64,000 nucleotides of DNA from an uncultured Acetatifactor sp. (lineage in GTDB: Bacteria > Bacillota > Clostridia > Lachnospirales > Lachnospiraceae): NCBI GenBank assembly GCA_910577235.1, contig CAJTMX010000005.1:2080-66079 (forward strand), written 5' to 3'. Below the pieces are notes generated by a model, which was given only the letters and a program-made list of their open reading frames with translations, was not told where the DNA came from and did no database searches. The position numbers and the translations under genes are program-made. Each line of letters begins with the position of its first letter. The stretch's first letter is position 1. Below, in pieces: positions 16,323 through 26,117 of the stretch.

Positions 16323-16814
16323 ATGAAAAAGAGAATTTATTCTGTGCTGGTGGAGAACCGCTCCGGCGTGCTGGGCAAGGTGGCCGGGCTCTTTGCCAGA
16401 AGATGCTTTAATATTGACTCTCTGACGGTGGGAGAGACCGATGACCCGGAGATATCCTGTATGACCATAGTGAGCAGCGGGGATGAGCGCACCATCGAGC
16501 AGATTGAAAAGCAGCTGAACAAAAAGCTGGATGTGATCAAGGTCAAGACTTTCGACGAGAGCCAGAGCGTCAGCCGGGAGCTGATGCTGGTGAAGGTGCG
16601 CCACAACAAGGGAAACCGAAGGGAGATCACGGAGGTATGTGAGATCCTGCGGGCGGAGATTGTGGATATGTCCAAACATTTCATGATGATCCAGATCTGC
16701 GATACTCCGGACAGAACCAAACTGCTGCTGACCATGCTCCAGTCCATCAGCATAGCGGAAGTGGCCCGCACAGGGACTCTGGCGCTGGCAAAATGCAGCG
16801 AGAATGATGATTAG
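16323..16814 (+). CDS. ilvN: acetolactate synthase small (regulatory) subunit, ACT domain
   Basis: MKKRIYSVLVENRSGVLGKVAGLFARRCFNIDSLTV is a typical AHAS small-subunit N-terminus. Confidence 0.88.
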   Translation: MKKRIYSVLVENRSGVLGKVAGLFARRCFNIDSLTVGETDDPEISCMTIVSSGDERTIEQIEKQLNKKLDVIKVKTFDESQSVSRELMLVKVRHNKGNRREITEVCEILRAEIVDMSKHFMMIQICDTPDRTKLLLTMLQSISIAEVARTGTLALAKCSENDD

Positions 16815-16816
16815 GG

Positions 16817-16845
16817 TTGACATTCACACTTTATCTTGCTAAAAT
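16817..16845 (+). promoter_or_regulatory. putative sigma-A promoter of the second ilvN paralog
   Basis: TTGACA, 17-bp spacer, TGcTAAAAT (same extended -10 word as the ilvB promoter). It starts 3 bp after the ilvN stop. Confidence 0.65.
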
Positions 16846-16914
16846 GTAGAGCAAATATAGGGATAGCGTCTGCTGGAAACGGCCCAGGGAGGCAGAACTA
16901 AAATAGAGGAGTTC

Positions 16915-17421
16915 ATGATGCAGAAGAAAGTATTTCAGTTGTTGGTAGATAACACATCCGGTGTGCTGAGCCGCATATCCGGTCTGTTTTCCCGCAGGGG
17001 ATATAATATTGAGAGCATTACGGCGGGTGTGACCGCAGATCCCCGTTTTACCAGAGTCACTATTGTGACTTGTGGGGATGACGAAATATTGGAGCAGATC
17101 GAGAAACAGGTGGGCAAGTTGGTGGATGTACGCAATATCCGGGAGCTTAAGCCGGAGGAGAGCGTATATCGGGAATTGGCGCTTATTAAGGTCAAGGCTG
17201 CCCCCCAGCAGCGCCAGGGCATCATAGCGGTGGCGGATATCTTCCGCGCCAAAATCATCGATGTATCCAAGGACAGCCTGATCATCGAACTCACCGGCAA
17301 TCAGGCCAAGATAGACGCGTTTATGAATCTGCTGGACGGCTATGAGATATTGGAGTCTGCAAGAACAGGCATCGCCGGCCTGGGCAGAGGCATGGAAAAC
17401 ATTATCCATCTGGAGAGTTAA
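16915..17421 (+). CDS. ilvN: acetolactate synthase small subunit, second paralog
   Basis: VFQLLVDNTSGVLSRISGLFSRRGYNIESITAG, 168 aa. ACT plus C-terminal domain. Confidence 0.9.
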   Translation: MMQKKVFQLLVDNTSGVLSRISGLFSRRGYNIESITAGVTADPRFTRVTIVTCGDDEILEQIEKQVGKLVDVRNIRELKPEESVYRELALIKVKAAPQQRQGIIAVADIFRAKIIDVSKDSLIIELTGNQAKIDAFMNLLDGYEILESARTGIAGLGRGMENIIHLES

Positions 17422-17573
17422 TAGCCCTGTCTGCACAGTCATATCATGCCGCGACAGGCGGCAATCCCAAAGGTGAGCGCTAATTAGGGGCGTATACCTG
17501 CTTGACCGGAGATATTTGTTAAGTTAGCTCTAGGGACAACAACCTATCAGTTATAAATCATTTTTAAACATAA

Positions 17574-18608
<1,035 letters not shown>

Positions 18609-18654
18609 ATGTGTAATGCAGTGTAAGAAAATGCGCAGTGCAGGATAAGAAAGC

Positions 18655-18690
18655 AAAAAGGAGTTGCCGTATATGCGGCGACTCCTTTTT
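18655..18690. terminator. bidirectional intrinsic terminator between ilvC and the convergent lipoprotein gene
   Basis: AAAAA-GGAGTTGCCG-TATATG-CGGCGACTCC-TTTTT: a 10-bp stem with an A run on one side and a T run on the other. Confidence 0.78.
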
Positions 18691-18752
18691 AAAAAATTGG
18701 TTCACAGGCACCAGGCCCTCTGAACATCCATATAGCAGATTAGTTGTGGCCT

Positions 18753-21113
18753 TCATGAACCGTTCTCGTTCAGATATAACTGTACCCTTCTCTGAATATT
18801 TTCAATGACCGTGTCAAGATTTTTGTCTCCCGCGAAATAGGGTTCCGTCTCCTCCCGGACAATGTCGGCGATAGTTTCGTCACTAGACGGCATGAGGATA
18901 CAGCTGTCCAAAAATTCTATATATTCCTCCACATAGGATGAGCCGTCCGGTTTGCATTCAAGACATCGCTCGATGCCGTTGCCCATATTGAACCGGGCGT
19001 ATGGATTGGGTTCATCGGGGTATGCGTCACTAACGCATTCTCTTAGAATATCCCGGCGCAGACAACGCTCGGGATATAGACGCATCAAATCTTCCCCATA
19101 CAGCGTGGGAAGAAACTCTCGGATCAGATCCATATTTTCCGTATCTTTGCTGACTAACAGAAAATCTAGCGCATATAACAGATTGCCGCTTTCATCGTCC
19201 GTGGGGACGCCCACCCAGTGATAATCCTGTGGAAGAAGGGACATCAGGCGGGAAAACTCGGCAAATCCCCCATAATTGGAGTAGGCATAGGCAAGGTATT
19301 CCCCTGTTTCAATAGAGCGGACATCATCGGATATTTTGTTGACTAAGTTAGGAATGTGCTCCACGGGGAGGGCGTCTTTGCAGAACTGCAACAGTCTTCG
19401 GAAGTCTTCGCTGTCAAAATGGCAGGTTCCGGATTCCCTGTCCACAAGGGAGGACGGGATGGCATACAGGGCGAGCCAGGACAGGAGGGACGGATCGTAC
19501 TCCGACAGAGGCATGATTCCTTTGAAGGTATCGCCGGAGGCACGGTCAGCCAGTTCCAGAACATCCTTCAGCTGCCAGGTATCCTGTGAATAGATCCGGT
19601 CAGATACCAATATACTGAAGGTAATTTGATCCGTGGTCAGCCCGGTCAGTTTTCCGTCGATGGTACCTGCCTCCCAGATACAGTCAAATACCTGTTCCCG
19701 CGCATCGGCAGGAAATATATCGGTGAGATCCGCCAGAGCTCCCTTTTCATAGAGAGTATACATGGTCTCGGCGGAAACCACGAACATGTCGGGAGCGTCT
19801 CCCGCCACAATACGGTTCACCAGATTTGTGGTATATGCATCCAGATCATCGCTGTTGCTGGATTCAAAAGTGGAGATTTCAACATTTACCCCCGGCGATT
19901 TTGTGGAAAACAGGGCGGCCGCCGTGGGTATGATGGAATCTCCCGGGCAGGCGGATACCAATGTGAGCGTTCTGGTCTCAGCGGGCGAAACAGGGGAGAG
20001 CACATAGATATTGTGTTTCTCCACCGCAGGGTCCATAAGCGCCAGATCGCCGTTTTCCCGGATCAGCATAATCTTGTTGGAATAGGTGTTTTCACAGATA
20101 TGGTTGTCCTTGCAGTTATATATTTTTTTCTGCTCTCCCGACAGAATATTCCATTGGACAATAGCTCCGTTACCGTTAAAATAGTATACGTTGCCGGATA
20201 CGTCCATACAGCCGGAGATCATGTTAAAATATTTGGACTGTCCCAGAGAACGCAGTTGTCCGGCATTTTGGTCATAGATATAGTAATCGCTTATACGGTT
20301 ATCCGCATCCTGAAATACGAACAGCGGAAGTCCCTCCGGAGTTTTTATGCAAAGGGGAGGGAGTGTCCCAGTTCCCTCCATATTACACAGTAGTTCCCCG
20401 TTTTCACCGATTACCAGCAATGCCTGATTCCAGATCAGATAACAGCGTCCGTCCCGGTCACACAGAATCGAATGCCGGCTATAGGCGAGGTAATCATCCG
20501 GCTCATGCTCAATCCCCGCGGAGGCCAGAAGGGGCAGCAGATCCAGGGTTTTTTGCACACCCTCCTCCATATGGTAGTATAGCAGGGCGCTGTGGGGGAT
20601 GGGCTGGCCCGCGCCCCCGGGGATATAGGAGAGAAAGACCGCCTGCCGGCTGTCTGCCATATCCATGCCGTATAGGGCAGTGTTCTCCGGCAGCCCACAA
20701 TCTGCCAGATCCAGCTCCATATGGATACTCTGGCCCGTCCTGGTATCAAAGCCGTCCATATGATCGGCAGCGCGCTCCCCGTTTGACCGATAGAGAAAGC
20801 TGTTGTAGATCATCCCGTCTATGGTTCCGGTGGTGATTGCACTGTAAGATTGCTCATATTCGGCCTCGACGGGGGTGAGCCAGTCGTCATGATACTCTGT
20901 CAGATACCAGGAGGTACCGTCCTCCGCTCTCTGGGGCTCCGCTATCTGACAGGTACTCCAGTCTATGGGATAGGGCAGGGGCCGTGGGGAGTCTCCCGCG
21001 GATGATTCTGTGCCAGAAGCTCCGCCGGAGACTTCTCCCGGGCTGCCGCAGCCAGCCAACAGAATTATCATGGTCAGACAGAGAAAACACGTTTTTTTTC
21101 GATTGCCGTTCAT
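18753..21113 (-). CDS. large lipoprotein: N-terminal uncharacterised domain + C-terminal solute-binding-protein-like domain
   Basis: Lipobox IILLAGCGS. 786 aa. The C-terminal half is paralogous to the 6343-7860 product. Confidence 0.85.
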   Translation of the reverse strand: MNGNRKKTCFLCLTMIILLAGCGSPGEVSGGASGTESSAGDSPRPLPYPIDWSTCQIAEPQRAEDGTSWYLTEYHDDWLTPVEAEYEQSYSAITTGTIDGMIYNSFLYRSNGERAADHMDGFDTRTGQSIHMELDLADCGLPENTALYGMDMADSRQAVFLSYIPGGAGQPIPHSALLYYHMEEGVQKTLDLLPLLASAGIEHEPDDYLAYSRHSILCDRDGRCYLIWNQALLVIGENGELLCNMEGTGTLPPLCIKTPEGLPLFVFQDADNRISDYYIYDQNAGQLRSLGQSKYFNMISGCMDVSGNVYYFNGNGAIVQWNILSGEQKKIYNCKDNHICENTYSNKIMLIRENGDLALMDPAVEKHNIYVLSPVSPAETRTLTLVSACPGDSIIPTAAALFSTKSPGVNVEISTFESSNSDDLDAYTTNLVNRIVAGDAPDMFVVSAETMYTLYEKGALADLTDIFPADAREQVFDCIWEAGTIDGKLTGLTTDQITFSILVSDRIYSQDTWQLKDVLELADRASGDTFKGIMPLSEYDPSLLSWLALYAIPSSLVDRESGTCHFDSEDFRRLLQFCKDALPVEHIPNLVNKISDDVRSIETGEYLAYAYSNYGGFAEFSRLMSLLPQDYHWVGVPTDDESGNLLYALDFLLVSKDTENMDLIREFLPTLYGEDLMRLYPERCLRRDILRECVSDAYPDEPNPYARFNMGNGIERCLECKPDGSSYVEEYIEFLDSCILMPSSDETIADIVREETEPYFAGDKNLDTVIENIQRRVQLYLNENGS

Positions 21114-21202
21114 TTGCCGTTCCTTCCTTTTCGAAATACATGCTACGTTTCTATTTGTCTACAATTATATATTGTGGGAGAGCAAGCCACAAGGCATAAT
21201 AG

Positions 21203-21230
21203 TTTAAGGTTTGTTTAAGGTTTGTTAAAG
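21203..21230 (+). promoter_or_regulatory. phased GTTTAAGGTTT direct repeats (11-bp period)
   Basis: GTTTAAGGTTT, GTTTAAGGTTT, GTTAAAG at 21202-21230, in the divergent spacer between the lipoprotein gene and tldD. Confidence 0.5.
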
Positions 21231-21243
21231 ATGTCCGAAAACA

Positions 21244-21272
21244 GTGACTGGCATTTTATACGGGATTATGAT
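21244..21272 (+). promoter_or_regulatory. putative promoter of tldD
   Basis: GTGACT, 17-bp spacer, TATGAT (same -10 word as the 6314 promoter). Confidence 0.4.
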
Positions 21273-21305
21273 AAACTATATGATACAGACAGGAGGATGG
21301 GCGTA

Positions 21306-22643
21306 ATGTACAGGTTCCCGGAAGATTTGTTTACGGAAGTCAGGATAGAAAAAAAGGAGTATGTGCATTATTATATCCTGAACGGAGAAGTGGAGGCCAA
21401 CACTCAAAGTCAGGTAATCGGCGCGCTGATACGGGTATTTGACGGCCATATGTGGTATACGGGCACCACCAATAAACCGGACGAGATTCAACAGGAGATG
21501 GACAATCTGGCGGCACTCGCCCAGAGGAATCCGGAGATCTACGATCATCCGGCGGTCAAAAATTTTGGCTGTAATAAGGCCCGTATCATTAAGTATGACG
21601 GGGCAAATGACGTGCGGGCCGTCACGCCAGAGCAGAGGGAGGAATTGGTGGAGCACTATCTCTCGGTCTGTGTGGACGAGTCCATCGAGGAGCTTAGATC
21701 CCATGCGGGCAATTACATCAGTACACATGTGGTCAAGGAGTATTACTCCAGCAAGGGTGCGGAGATCCTGCAGGATATGCAGCGCTGCAGCGTATGGGTG
21801 GGCTGCGCCTTTGTGGTGGACGGGATCACTACCTGGGCGGGAAAAAATCTTCAGGAGATGGAGTTTAACCGGCTTCTTGGAAGGGAGCGGGAGATTTTGG
21901 AGGAGCGGGACCGGTATCTGGAGTATGCCAGAAACGCCGTGGATCTGGAGCCGGGAGACTATACCTGTGTGCTGTCTCCCCTGGCCACGGCAATGTTTAC
22001 CCATGAGAGTTTCGGGCATAAGAGCGAATCCGATTATATGCTTAACGACAAGACGCTTCGGGAGGAATGGGTTCTGGGGAAAAAGGTGGGGAGTGAAAAG
22101 GTGTCCATCTGCGACAATGGCGGTATGGATCACAACGGCTATACGCCCTATGATGACGAGGGCAATGCGGCCGGGGAGACCTGGCTGATCCGCGGCGGGG
22201 TGCTGACAGGCAGGCTCCATGACAGCAAATCGGCCTCGGTGCTGGGAGAGGGAGTCACCGGAAACGCCCGGGCAGACGAATACTTCTCGGTTCCCGTGGT
22301 GAGGATGACTAATACCTATATGGCGGCGGGCCATGATAAACCGGAAGAGATCGTCGGGGGTGTGAAGGACGGCATCTATGTCCGTGATATCGTCTGTGGC
22401 ACAGGTTCCTCCACTTTTACCATCCGGCCCGGCCTGTGCTACCGTATCCGGGACGGACGGATCTGCGAGCCTGTCCGGGTCAATGTACTCATCGGCAGCG
22501 TGTTTCAGACTTTGTTTGATATTGATGCGGTAGGAGACGATCTGGAGATATTCGACACTTTCAGCTGCGGTAAGAAAGGCCAGACGGTGCAGGTATCCGC
22601 CGGAGGGCCCACTGTCAGAGTCAGAAAACTGACCACGAATTAG
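21306..22643 (+). CDS. tldD: TldD-family metalloprotease
   Basis: HExxxH motif (FTHESFGHKSE) within TldD/PmbA-fold homology. ATG 21306 lies 9 nt after AGGAGG. The ORF track starts at 21222, so the start is uncertain. Confidence 0.85.
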   Translation: MYRFPEDLFTEVRIEKKEYVHYYILNGEVEANTQSQVIGALIRVFDGHMWYTGTTNKPDEIQQEMDNLAALAQRNPEIYDHPAVKNFGCNKARIIKYDGANDVRAVTPEQREELVEHYLSVCVDESIEELRSHAGNYISTHVVKEYYSSKGAEILQDMQRCSVWVGCAFVVDGITTWAGKNLQEMEFNRLLGREREILEERDRYLEYARNAVDLEPGDYTCVLSPLATAMFTHESFGHKSESDYMLNDKTLREEWVLGKKVGSEKVSICDNGGMDHNGYTPYDDEGNAAGETWLIRGGVLTGRLHDSKSASVLGEGVTGNARADEYFSVPVVRMTNTYMAAGHDKPEEIVGGVKDGIYVRDIVCGTGSSTFTIRPGLCYRIRDGRICEPVRVNVLIGSVFQTLFDIDAVGDDLEIFDTFSCGKKGQTVQVSAGGPTVRVRKLTTN

Positions 22644-22647
22644 GGCA

Positions 22648-23883
22648 ATGGGGGAAAATATGGAGATGAAAGAAAAATATGTGCTGCATGCCGTCTCATC
22701 CTCCGTGGGAATAGAGGAGAACAGGGTTTGCAGTTTTGACAAGAGAGATCAGACATTTATGTCTTTCCGGGTGCAGGAAGAAGGTATCCTGGGCGTACAT
22801 TTTCAACAGGGGGAGATGGGGGATGAGGAGGGATATGCCAGAGCCCGGCGGAACCTGTCTCTGAAACGTCCCTATCCCTATGAGATGGAGACAGGCAGCC
22901 GCAGCCGTGACAAGACGGAGAGGGTGCTCACTGACAGGCAGCTTATGGAGATCACCCGAGAAGCATTGGAGCATTTGAGTTCCCGATATCCTGATTTTAC
23001 CTTTAACGGCGGATTCTCACAGCGCGCCATGTATTCGGGGCAGGAGAATGACAGGGGGCTTAACTATTCCTACAGAGACTGTACCACGGACTTCGATTTA
23101 TCGTTTAAGCACAGGGACAGCCGGGAACTCAGCGACGGAGGATTTTCCATAGGGCAGAGGGATTTTGACATGGAAAAACTCTATGCCATGGCGGACAATT
23201 ATCTCGCCGCCTATGGGACGCTCCTGGAACTTCCCGATGAGATCATAGTTCAGACACAGTATTACGGACTGCTTGGCTATCTGACAAGTAATCTGAACGC
23301 AGAGAGTATGAGCCTGGGTACTTCTCTTTTGTCCGGCAGGATAGGGGAGAAGGTTTTCTCCGAACAATTCAGCCTGGCCCACGACGTGTCGGAGAATGAA
23401 TGCTGGAATATCCCATTCTTTGACGGAGAGGGCGTCACCTGGCCGGGAGACCGGCTGCCCTATATCGAGAACGGCGTGGTCCTGCGGGGGTATGCGGACA
23501 AGAGAACCGCCGCAAAGTACGGGGTGGAACATACGGGGAGCGCTTTTCGGTCTTACGCCGATATTCCGGGCAACGGCAATGTGAACCTGCGGATCAGCCG
23601 CAGCGATAAGACGATCCGGGAACTGCTGGGCGGAAGGCTGACGGTTGTTCCCCTGAGATGCGACGGCACGACCTACAACGAGAAAGGAGAACTGATCATG
23701 CCGGTGCAGATGGCGTACTTAAGCGACGGTGAAAGACTTTTGGGCAGGCTGCCGGAGTTCACGCTGGTGAGCAGCATGTTTGAAATATTCGGAGATGACT
23801 TTATCGGTGTGGGCAGCGACCAGCCGGTGTTTAACGACAAGAGCATCCTGGTGCGGATGCGTCTTGGCGGAAAAGAGAATTGA
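22648..23883 (+). CDS. pmbA: PmbA/TldE-family protein (TldD partner)
   Basis: TldD/PmbA-family similarity without the HExxxH motif. It starts 5 nt after the tldD stop. ATG 22660 or 22666 are alternative starts. Confidence 0.8.
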   Translation: MGENMEMKEKYVLHAVSSSVGIEENRVCSFDKRDQTFMSFRVQEEGILGVHFQQGEMGDEEGYARARRNLSLKRPYPYEMETGSRSRDKTERVLTDRQLMEITREALEHLSSRYPDFTFNGGFSQRAMYSGQENDRGLNYSYRDCTTDFDLSFKHRDSRELSDGGFSIGQRDFDMEKLYAMADNYLAAYGTLLELPDEIIVQTQYYGLLGYLTSNLNAESMSLGTSLLSGRIGEKVFSEQFSLAHDVSENECWNIPFFDGEGVTWPGDRLPYIENGVVLRGYADKRTAAKYGVEHTGSAFRSYADIPGNGNVNLRISRSDKTIRELLGGRLTVVPLRCDGTTYNEKGELIMPVQMAYLSDGERLLGRLPEFTLVSSMFEIFGDDFIGVGSDQPVFNDKSILVRMRLGGKEN

Positions 23884-23918
23884 GCGCAGTTTGAAAAACG
23901 GCGCTTAGCGGTCTACAG

Positions 23919-23960
23919 GCCGGGGATGGCAGTATATCCCCGGCTTTTCCTGTTCTTTTT
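23919..23960 (+). terminator. intrinsic terminator after pmbA
   Basis: GCCGGGGAT-GGCAGTAT-ATCCCCGGC followed by TTTTCCTGTTCTTTTTT. Confidence 0.82.
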
Positions 23961-24174
23961 TCTTTCTTAAGAAAATCTTTGGTTTTCCATGACAGAAAAC
24001 TTCAGAAGCACGGTCTATACTATTCTCAGAAAGCGGATGAACCGTTTCACGGCAGACAGAAATTGGCGAAACTTTTATGCCGGCGTGGGCAGAGAGCTTT
24101 GAAAGGCACAGCGGCGAAGGCGGATAATGTCCGGAAAACCGGGCACGAAGGGACGAAAAGGAGGCAGTAGAGAA

Positions 24175-24684
24175 ATGGACTATGCGGCAATTATGGATGT
24201 GTTTACAAGGTATGGGGCGATCGCCATCTTTGTGTTGGTATTTTTGGAGTATATGAATCTGCCGGGATTTCCGGCGGGGATCATCATGCCGCTGGCGGGG
24301 ATCATGGCGGCGGGAGGCAATATATCCTTTCCCTGGGTGATGGTCATAACCGTGGCGGCGGGACTGCTGGGCAGCTTGGTACTGTACGTGCTGGGATTTA
24401 CCGGGGGACGCTTTTTTCTGGAAAAATATATGAACAAATTCCCGAAACAGAGACCTACGATAGAAAAGTATTTAAACTGGGTGCAGGATAAGGGCGGCGC
24501 GGGACTGATCGCCGCCAAGCTGATTCCCATGATACGCACATTGGTATCCATTCCGGCGGGAGTGTTTCGGATGCGGCTGGATCAGTATGTGATCTGCTCC
24601 ACTGTCGGAATCTTTATATGGAATCTGCTTTTTGTGGGAGCGGGATATTTTTGCGGGGAGCAGGTACTGAGCTGGTTTGCCTGA
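24175..24684 (+). CDS. DedA-family membrane protein
   Basis: DedA/SNARE-associated pattern (FLEYMNLPGFPAGIIMP...LIPMIRTLVSIPAG). ATG 24175 follows AAAGGAGG. Confidence 0.88.
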   Translation: MDYAAIMDVFTRYGAIAIFVLVFLEYMNLPGFPAGIIMPLAGIMAAGGNISFPWVMVITVAAGLLGSLVLYVLGFTGGRFFLEKYMNKFPKQRPTIEKYLNWVQDKGGAGLIAAKLIPMIRTLVSIPAGVFRMRLDQYVICSTVGIFIWNLLFVGAGYFCGEQVLSWFA

Positions 24685-24721
24685 CTGTGACAGACGCAAG
24701 ATGAAATTATAAGGGAGAGGT

Positions 24722-26023
24722 ATGAATATGAAAATAGCGATGATGACCAACAACTACAAACCTTATATCGGCGGAGTGCCTATCTCTATCGAGCGATTGA
24801 CGCAGGCGCTGCGTGAGCAGGGACACAGGGTGGTGGTGTTCGCTCCCAGGTACGATCATCTGGAGACGGAACCGGAGGAGGATGTGGTGCGTTACAGCAC
24901 TCTGAGCCAGCATTTTTACAGCGACACGGTGCTGCCCAATCCTTTGGACCCGGTGCTGGAGGAAACCTTTTCCAGAGAAGAGTTTGATGTGATCCATGTG
25001 CATCATCCGGTGCTGATCGGAAAGGTGGCGGCCCATCTGTCCGCCAAATATAATGTCCCTCTGGTATATACTTATCACACCCAGTATGAGCAGTATCTGG
25101 ACTATGCGGGCCCTATCCACTGGCTTAGCCGGGGAGCGGAGAAAGGCGGTTTTATGGGACGGCTCCGCAGCCGGGGCAGCCGTGCCATCAAGCAGGATCT
25201 GGCGCCTTGGTATCTAAGCGGTTTTATGCGGCGCTGCCATACGGTGATCGCTCCCACGGAGGGCATGAAGAGGACTTTTAACCTGCAATATGGATATACT
25301 CACAACTGTCAGGCCAATCTGGAAGTGCTGCCCACAGGACTGGCGGAGGAGAGCTATGTGCCGGACGGCAGAGAGGTCATGGAGATACGGCAGCGCTATG
25401 GCATGGGAGATGTGCCCCTGCTGGTTACGGTGTCCCGTCTGGGACATGAAAAGAACGTGCCCTTTCTGCTGCGGTGTATGGCAAGACTTAAGAGTACTCT
25501 GCCGGATTTCCGGCTGATGGTCATAGGGGACGGCCCCCAGCGACAGGAATACATGGATCTGTGTGACCAGCTGGATATCCGCCAGCAGATCTGCTTTCTG
25601 GGAAGTCTGCCCAACCGGGAGATCGCGGCCCATATGGCGGCTGCGGACTGCTTTGTGTTTGCATCCAAGACAGAGACTCAGGGCATCGTGATCCTGGAGG
25701 CCATGGCCGCCAAAACTCCCGTGGTAGCTCTGCGGGCCTCGGGCGTGGAGGATCTGGTGGAGAACGGCGTCAGCGGATACCTGTGCCCGGAGGAGGAAGA
25801 GGCATTTACGGAGCAGCTGCTGCGGGTATTGCAGAGCGAACCTCTGCGGGACGGCCTGCGAATCGGCGCTTTTGAGACAGCGCTCAGGTATCGGGAAGAT
25901 GTGGTTGCGGAAAAGGCCGTCAGGATATATACTGATACCTGTAGGCAATATGCGGTGTCACAGGCAGGAGCCAGAATCAGCGTATTCAGAGATTTGCGGG
26001 TCCGCCTGCGTCTACCCGGTTAG
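24722..26023 (+). CDS. GT4-family glycosyltransferase (glycolipid-synthase-like)
   Basis: N-terminus KIAMMTNNYKPYIGGVP and a C-terminal GT1/GT4 E-x7-E region (ETQGIVILEAMA). ATG 24728 is an equally good start. Confidence 0.87.
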   Translation: MNMKIAMMTNNYKPYIGGVPISIERLTQALREQGHRVVVFAPRYDHLETEPEEDVVRYSTLSQHFYSDTVLPNPLDPVLEETFSREEFDVIHVHHPVLIGKVAAHLSAKYNVPLVYTYHTQYEQYLDYAGPIHWLSRGAEKGGFMGRLRSRGSRAIKQDLAPWYLSGFMRRCHTVIAPTEGMKRTFNLQYGYTHNCQANLEVLPTGLAEESYVPDGREVMEIRQRYGMGDVPLLVTVSRLGHEKNVPFLLRCMARLKSTLPDFRLMVIGDGPQRQEYMDLCDQLDIRQQICFLGSLPNREIAAHMAAADCFVFASKTETQGIVILEAMAAKTPVVALRASGVEDLVENGVSGYLCPEEEEAFTEQLLRVLQSEPLRDGLRIGAFETALRYREDVVAEKAVRIYTDTCRQYAVSQAGARISVFRDLRVRLRLPG

Positions 26024-26117
26024 CGGTGCCTGAAGAATTCTCCGGTAGTACGCACGCTTTTCTCCGCGATGATGGTCGGGGCTGCCTGCAAATGAATGAT
26101 GAGGGAGAATGGAATAG

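Noticed and set aside
23979-24170. A 63-aa basic ORF upstream of the DedA gene.
   Set aside because: It has a TTG start with no SD, and a Lys/Arg/Gly-rich sequence with no homology recognised. It lies in the DedA leader.
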